DNA from: Promethearchaeota archaeon
GTDB lineage: Archaea > Asgardarchaeota > Lokiarchaeia > Sigyniarchaeales > SOKP01
Direction of reading: 5' to 3'
Assembly (NCBI GenBank): GCA_048938855.1
Contig: JBHLLT010000001.1
Location: 288,124-352,123 of the forward strand
DNA: 64,000 nucleotides
Shown: piece after piece, positions 58,610 through 64,000 of the stretch
How positions within the stretch are numbered: position 1 is the first letter of the stretch
How the letters are laid out: each line of letters begins with the position of its first letter
Translations under genes and position numbers: made by a program
Notes under the pieces: model-generated
Seen by the model: the letters and a program-made list of their open reading frames with translations, nothing else
Told to the model about the DNA's origin: nothing
The model's database searches: none

Positions 58610-58873
58610 AAGAACTTCCACGTAAGAATAGTGAAATTTAACTAAGTCTAGTACTTGATAAAATGAACTAAAAAATTAATATTTTGTGATTTTATCTTCC
58701 CATCTAAAGTAGCTTATTTAAAGCTTTAAAAATAAGTAATAAAAGAAAGATTCGAAAAATCTTAGATTTTCAAATTTATAGGAGAATTGTTTATATTATT
58801 CTTGGAGTATTAATTTTATATTTTTTTAATTACATTTTTAATTTCTTATGGTTTTTCACCGTTAGTGGATAAT

Positions 58874-59185
58874 CTATTTATTTTTCGTAAGAGATAGCCT
58901 AATAGGTCTGAAATCTACCACTCTTTGAATTTTTGCTTTAACAGAAGGATCATTTTCAAGGTAATTTTTAGCTTCTTCTTCTTTTTCCACTTCAAAGATT
59001 ATTACTCCAAAGGGATCATCAGGTATTAATGTTGGTCCAGCTAAAAATAACTTACCTTGGTTCAACAAAGATTGTAAATAGAGAAAATGATCAGACATGA
59101 TTTTATCTTCAGCATCTTTAGGATTTGTTATGAAATCTTGACGATAGGGTTTTATAACAGCAAAAAAATGTTGTCTATTTGCCAT
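58874..59185 (-). CDS. YciI family protein
   Basis: HFLYL..G.LFLAGP..DPSV. Confidence 0.85.
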   Translation of the reverse strand: MANRQHFFAVIKPYRQDFITNPKDAEDKIMSDHFLYLQSLLNQGKLFLAGPTLIPDDPFGVIIFEVEKEEEAKNYLENDPSVKAKIQRVVDFRPIRLSLTKNK

Positions 59186-59319
59186 AATTATTTGAGATTT
59201 TTATTAATAGTTATTAGATAATTTAATGGAATTAAAATAAATATTATTTTAACTTCTTATAAATCAATATTAATAATGAATAATCATAAATAATTAAAAA
59301 TCAAATTAAATGTGGCAAA

Positions 59320-60105
59320 ATGACAATTAAGATCCGCGATATGACCAAGGATGATGAATATTATGTTGGTACTTGTACTCATGTAAATGAAAACAACATA
59401 GAGCGTGAATCATCATGCCCACGCCGTATATCTTGGCTTAAAAGTATGGAAAAAGAGGGATTGAAAGTTAAGGTAGCTTTGATAGATGGTATTCATGCTG
59501 GATTTTTATATTTAATGCCAATTGAAATAAATCCTTGGTCAATACACGGTAAGGATTTAATGGTATTTCCTTGCCTAGTTTCACAATCTAGATTTTCTAA
59601 AATGGGAATTGGAGTTAAGTTAATTAAAGCAGCAGAAGAAGAGATAAGACTCCAAAATCGTAAAGGAATTGCCACTTTAGGTTATTTCTGGGACTTTTGG
59701 TTCATGCCCGCGAAATATTTTTTAAAATTGGGATTTAAAATTGCAGAAAAACGTGGTGAGGAAGCGATTCTTTGGAAACCATTTGATCAAAATGCTGAAC
59801 CACCTCACTTCCGAAAGGAAAATTATGAATTTAAACCGATTGAGGGAAAAGTCGTTATAGATTTATTTTGGAATCGATTTTGTTTAACTAGTGATGTTGA
59901 AGCACAAAGAGTGCGAGAAGTAGTTTCAGAATATGGAAATGATGTAATTCTAAATGATTTTTCTGCTTTAGATCAAAACATTTTGAAAAAATATGGTATT
60001 GGACGTAGAATTTATGTTAATGGAAAAATGATCGAGACAGGACCGGAAATAGAAAAACAGGAGCTTAGAGAAGCGATTCGAATAGCTAAAATTAATCTAA
60101 ATTAA
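59320..60105 (+). CDS. GNAT acetyltransferase with thioredoxin-like C-terminus (YoaP-like)
   Basis: KMGIGVKLI, YFLKLGF, DLFWNRFC..YVNGK. Confidence 0.75.
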   Translation: MTIKIRDMTKDDEYYVGTCTHVNENNIERESSCPRRISWLKSMEKEGLKVKVALIDGIHAGFLYLMPIEINPWSIHGKDLMVFPCLVSQSRFSKMGIGVKLIKAAEEEIRLQNRKGIATLGYFWDFWFMPAKYFLKLGFKIAEKRGEEAILWKPFDQNAEPPHFRKENYEFKPIEGKVVIDLFWNRFCLTSDVEAQRVREVVSEYGNDVILNDFSALDQNILKKYGIGRRIYVNGKMIETGPEIEKQELREAIRIAKINLN

Positions 60106-60126
60106 CAATTTCGATAAAAAATGAAT

Positions 60127-60501
60127 CTATCTTTTATTCTTCGACTTTTTTAAGAAATCTTTCCTAATTGGATAAAAAATATCAAGCATAATAAAGGGCT
60201 TATCACCTATACATGTATCTCCATGAGGTATCCCACTTGGTATTGAATAAAAATCACCTTGTTTCACTATCCTCTCTTCATCTCCAATTCTAAGTTTTGC
60301 TTGGCCTCTATAAACCATACCAATTTGCTCATGTTTATGAGAATGTATTGGAACAGTATACCCGGGAAGTGTAGCATTTAACGCCATAGTCATTTTCCCG
60401 CTATCTAATCCAGTAAGAATAGTGGTCTCTAACCCTTCCATTTGCATAAACTTAGGAGCATCCTCTATATTTATAAAGTAAGAACTTGTTTTATTTTCCA
60501 T
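60127..60501 (-). CDS. Cupin domain protein
   Basis: HSHKHEQ...GD...IP.GIPH, DIFYP.R. Confidence 0.9.
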   Translation of the reverse strand: MENKTSSYFINIEDAPKFMQMEGLETTILTGLDSGKMTMALNATLPGYTVPIHSHKHEQIGMVYRGQAKLRIGDEERIVKQGDFYSIPSGIPHGDTCIGDKPFIMLDIFYPIRKDFLKKSKNKR

Positions 60502-60625
60502 TTAAATCTACCTCAATATAATTTAATTAACAGCTTTTAATAAATCAACTGAGTATGATTTTATTAATAATTTCATTACTATACTAAATTAATTAGGTAA
60601 TTAAATAGTATGAAGTGAGAATTCA

Positions 60626-61351
60626 ATGGATAGGAATCGACCTGAAACCACTCTTTTTCTTATGCAGTCTTTGGATGGAAAAATATCTACAGGGAATGTT
60701 GATGAACGCGATCAGGAAATTGACTTTCCAAAAATCAAAGGTATTAAAGAAGGGAATTACCAATATTATGAATTCTTATTTAAGACTGACAGAGTCGCTT
60801 TAATTAGCGGAAAAGTATTAGCTAAGATTGGTACTAATTCCCGTGAAAAAGAGGATGACCATAAGGATGTAAGCCTTATTATTATTGATCGCAAACCGCA
60901 CCTTACAAAAAAGGGTGTCGATTATCTAGTTAATTCATTTAAGTCAATCTTTGTTGTTACGAATAATAAAGATCATCCGGCATTTGAGTTCCCAAATGTA
61001 CAAGATCTCAATATCATTTATTATTCAAATGAAGTTAATCTTGAGGAGTTATTTTTAAAACTTAAGCAAGATTATAAAATTGACAGGATTTCAATCCAAT
61101 CCGGAGGAACTTTAAATGCATTATTTCTAAAATATAAACTTATAGATCATGTTTCAATAATAGTAGCACCCTGTCTAATTGGCGGAAAAGATACTCCTAC
61201 TTCAATAGATGGCTTCGCTCCTCAAACTGATGATGATTTATTAAATATTAAAGCTTTGACGCTTAAGAAATGTGAAGTGTTAAAACATTCATATCTCCAT
61301 CTATACTATGATGTGATAAATGAAACAGTTAAAGAAGAAAGTTTAGATTAA
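60626..61351 (+). CDS. RibD C-terminal/DHFR-like reductase
   Basis: SLDGKIST, QSGGTLN, APCLIGG. Confidence 0.85.
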   Translation: MDRNRPETTLFLMQSLDGKISTGNVDERDQEIDFPKIKGIKEGNYQYYEFLFKTDRVALISGKVLAKIGTNSREKEDDHKDVSLIIIDRKPHLTKKGVDYLVNSFKSIFVVTNNKDHPAFEFPNVQDLNIIYYSNEVNLEELFLKLKQDYKIDRISIQSGGTLNALFLKYKLIDHVSIIVAPCLIGGKDTPTSIDGFAPQTDDDLLNIKALTLKKCEVLKHSYLHLYYDVINETVKEESLD

Positions 61352-61720
61352 CTTAGCGATTTTTTCGCATGTTCTTTTGCAATCTAAAAATATTAATCCT
61401 AATCTTACATCCTTCGTAGTAGAAACAGTTAATACAGCATTGGGGCCCGCTTGTAGTACGAGGAGATAGCCATCGCTACCCTTCACATATAGCTGATCGA
61501 ATTCCCCCTTTTCCATCTCGATAACAGACCTTTCGGCTAAGGAGAGCAACGCTGCAGTCATCGCGGCAATCCTCGTCTCATCAACTCCTTGAGGAAGAGC
61601 AGATGCAATTGGTAAACCTTCAGCTGAAACAATCGCGGCAGCCTTTACCTCTGGAATTGCTGCGAGCAATTTCTTCAAGATATCATCAAGATTCTCTGTT
61701 GTTGGCTCCAAGGGGATCAT
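61343..61720 (-). CDS. Roadblock/LC7 (MglB-like) protein
   Basis: AAAIVSAEGLPIAS..IAAMTAALLSL..GYLL..LGLIFLD. Confidence 0.93.
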   Translation of the reverse strand: MIPLEPTTENLDDILKKLLAAIPEVKAAAIVSAEGLPIASALPQGVDETRIAAMTAALLSLAERSVIEMEKGEFDQLYVKGSDGYLLVLQAGPNAVLTVSTTKDVRLGLIFLDCKRTCEKIAKLI

Positions 61721-61957
61721 TTTATTTGGTAATTTAAATTAGAATATATTTCACAAAATTTTGAGATTTATAATCTTACTTACTATTATAGATATAATTT
61801 ACTTATTTTAATTTTATTTAATTTTTTTTATTTCTTACTTTGTAATAAATTATATTATTATTTCCTTATTAATCTAGTTTAGAAAATTTCTAAGTTTAGA
61901 CTCTTAAACACTGTTATTATTTTTAGAAAACTTTACTTGTACTAATTATCAAAATTA

Positions 61958-63007
61958 TTATTTAAATATTTTAGCCGTTTCAATTATTGCATTAATATTT
62001 TTGGGGTCACATTTTCTATTGATTTGTTGTGATGGAGATATTACCAACGGGCAATTATATTCTTTGGCTTTAGAAATCAATTTTTTAGTATAGTCTTTTA
62101 CTTCCTGTGGGGTGCCAAAAGTGAGGAGACTCATATCTAAATTCCCAATAAAACAGATCTGATTTTTAAATTTCTTGAAAAGGCTAAATATATCAACTCC
62201 CGAACTAGGTTCTAGACTTTGAAGGGCATCAAAACCTAGATCTATAAACGTACTGATCATATCAGAAATATAACCATCAGAGTGTAGTATAACATAATGC
62301 TTTTTTTGGTGAATAATATCAATAATTTTCTTATATTCGTCAAAGAATAGCTTTCTCCATCTCTCTTTAGATATAAAAGTTCTTTTTTTATATCCAATAT
62401 CATCTGCTATTAAGAATGTTGTAGCACCTGTGCGCTGAATTTTTTGTATTAACGTGTTCAGATAATTTGAGAAAAAATGAAGCACTTTTTCAATGAATGA
62501 TATATCCTTATTTAAGCATTTAGCAAAAAATTTTATGCCCATTGATTGCCAAGTTTTTTCAAATAATCCGGGTAAGGAGATAACAAATTCTAAATTATGA
62601 TTTGTTGTATCTAAAAAACTTCTTAAATTCATAAGATTTTCTTCAGAAGGCAGGTTTAGATGTTCCCAATTATCAATAATCTCTTCACTTTTAAATACTC
62701 CATCCCACATATACCAGTTTCCCTTGTATAACCGCCCCCATCCATCAACTCTTATTTGATCATTCAGAATATAACCACCTTTTCCACGACGGAAATCCCA
62801 TATAGAGATAGCATCAAAACCCATTTGTTCAATAATGCTATAGTTTTTATTATTTAATATTAAATTCACTTTCTCAGGCTTAAGCTTATATTGTATTATG
62901 TAATTTTCAATAAACTCAGATTCGGGGTATCCAGTGCAATATATTGGAATTTCAGACGTGATTTCTTTTGATAAAGCTTTAATAAAATTACTTAAGTAGG
63001 GAGACAT
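61958..63007 (-). CDS. Uroporphyrinogen decarboxylase/MtaA-CmuA family protein
   Basis: DGWGR, ADDIG, LHSDG, FIGNLD, GTPQEV. Confidence 0.8.
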   Translation of the reverse strand: MSPYLSNFIKALSKEITSEIPIYCTGYPESEFIENYIIQYKLKPEKVNLILNNKNYSIIEQMGFDAISIWDFRRGKGGYILNDQIRVDGWGRLYKGNWYMWDGVFKSEEIIDNWEHLNLPSEENLMNLRSFLDTTNHNLEFVISLPGLFEKTWQSMGIKFFAKCLNKDISFIEKVLHFFSNYLNTLIQKIQRTGATTFLIADDIGYKKRTFISKERWRKLFFDEYKKIIDIIHQKKHYVILHSDGYISDMISTFIDLGFDALQSLEPSSGVDIFSLFKKFKNQICFIGNLDMSLLTFGTPQEVKDYTKKLISKAKEYNCPLVISPSQQINRKCDPKNINAIIETAKIFK

Positions 63008-63087
63008 TCTTTTATAGACTAAAGCGAAATTAATTATTAGAGTATAAATTATTTCAATAATTAATATAATTCTTTTCAAGATTTATT

Positions 63088-64000
63088 ATGAATTACTGGG
63101 AGGTTGTTGATAGTCTATATAATATAACTCTATCTCTCGCATTTTTTACTCTCATGTTTTTATTGTTTTATATTGGGGTAAAGGGATTTAGAAACAAAAA
63201 TAAGTATGGTGGAGTATCAACAGTTGTATGTGGTATCTGTTTTTTAATTTTTGGATATTTTAATGCTATTGGAAGATTTTTTCCTTATCCATACAATGGA
63301 TTTATGGTATGGTGGATAATGTTTATAATCATATTTAGCTTCAGTTTTATGGGGATAATTAAGAGGATAAAAAACAAAATGGCCTTAGAGGGTTCGCAAA
63401 ATATCTTAGAAGAAGGCCGAAAACCTATTTTAAGAAGGTATATTGATAGAATGACAAAAGGAAATCCTTACAGAGCAGAGATCACTTTTAAAATGGAGTT
63501 AGTTAGAAAAAGTTTTCATTTAATGGGATTACTGCTGATTCTTGCTTATTTCGGATTTTTTTCTCTTCTTTATCCAGTAACACGCATAATAAATGATAGT
63601 GTAATTGAATTAATTAATCATATTCAACCCGCTTATGAACTAATTTGGGGTTCAGTATCGATGTATCCATTTGGGATAGGTGATCCTCAAGCTGTCGAAT
63701 ATCTCACTATGATGGCGTTGATTGGTTCACTCATGTTTGCGATAATTCCTGATCTGATAAGAATTATTTGGGGGCCTGAATATTCTATTTTCAACTTTTT
63801 ATCTCATTCAATGTTAAGAAACAAAGAGATAAATGCTGCAGGACCACAGATTTATATTATTACAGGATTTATTTTTTCTTATATGCTCTACATGGCGGGG
63901 ATAATTCATATTTTAGCATTTTTTGCAGGGATACTTATAGCATGTCTTTCGGATGCTGCTGCTGCATTAATAGGAAGAGGATATGGAAAGCGTAAAGTAA
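63088..64000 (+). CDS. Dolichol/phytol/diacylglycerol kinase-type membrane protein, 5' part; runs off the window edge
   Basis: Manual translation MNYWEVVD...ELVRKSFHL...DLIRI...LRNKE...SDAAAALIGRGYGKRK. Confidence 0.8.
   Translation, partial: MNYWEVVDSLYNITLSLAFFTLMFLLFYIGVKGFRNKNKYGGVSTVVCGICFLIFGYFNAIGRFFPYPYNGFMVWWIMFIIIFSFSFMGIIKRIKNKMALEGSQNILEEGRKPILRRYIDRMTKGNPYRAEITFKMELVRKSFHLMGLLLILAYFGFFSLLYPVTRIINDSVIELINHIQPAYELIWGSVSMYPFGIGDPQAVEYLTMMALIGSLMFAIIPDLIRIIWGPEYSIFNFLSHSMLRNKEINAAGPQIYIITGFIFSYMLYMAGIIHILAFFAGILIACLSDAAAALIGRGYGKRKV

Noticed and set aside
1703-60803. Numerous short ORFs antisense to or nested in real genes (for example 1703, 3742, 8533, 32765, 35103, 47334, 49488, 53798, 60615)
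   Set aside because: They are shadows of well-supported genes, with no motifs of their own.

Overview
AT-rich archaeal chromosomal segment, almost certainly from an Asgard archaeon of the Lokiarchaeia type. Evidence: archaeal information genes (TFB, ProRS, eS6/eL24/Rpo10, L7Ae/eS28, and the Rpo7-Spt4-DPCK-eS24-eS31-Kae1-Bud32 cluster) sit beside eukaryotic-signature-like genes (two gelsolin-domain proteins, roadblock/LC7, longin-like, EMC3/TMCO1-like, two membrane proteins with adaptin/COP-appendage-like tails). Metabolic genes cover G3P dehydrogenase, lactate racemase and dehydrogenase, Fae-Hps, a GH57 branching enzyme and polyamine enzymes. I saw no rRNA, tRNA, CRISPR array or transposase. 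Reading the DNA recovered elements missing from the ORF track: two microproteins, an ATL gene and the L7Ae N-terminus that both appear to start at ATT, an MCP remnant, a crotonase tail behind an in-frame TAA, and two partial genes at the window edges. The strongest candidate novel systems are: (1) a membrane-spanning transcription factor whose ectodomain is a paralogue of the surface protein encoded next to it; (2) a TrmB-like protein with a long helical arm carrying a central basic-aromatic tip (possible DNA-membrane tether); (3) tandem polytopic membrane proteins with coat-appendage-like tails; (4) a PlsY/CTP-dependent lipid kinase fusion; (5) an AUU-initiated L7Ae gene with a k-turn over its ribosome-binding site. 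All family assignments come from motif recognition by eye, with no database search.
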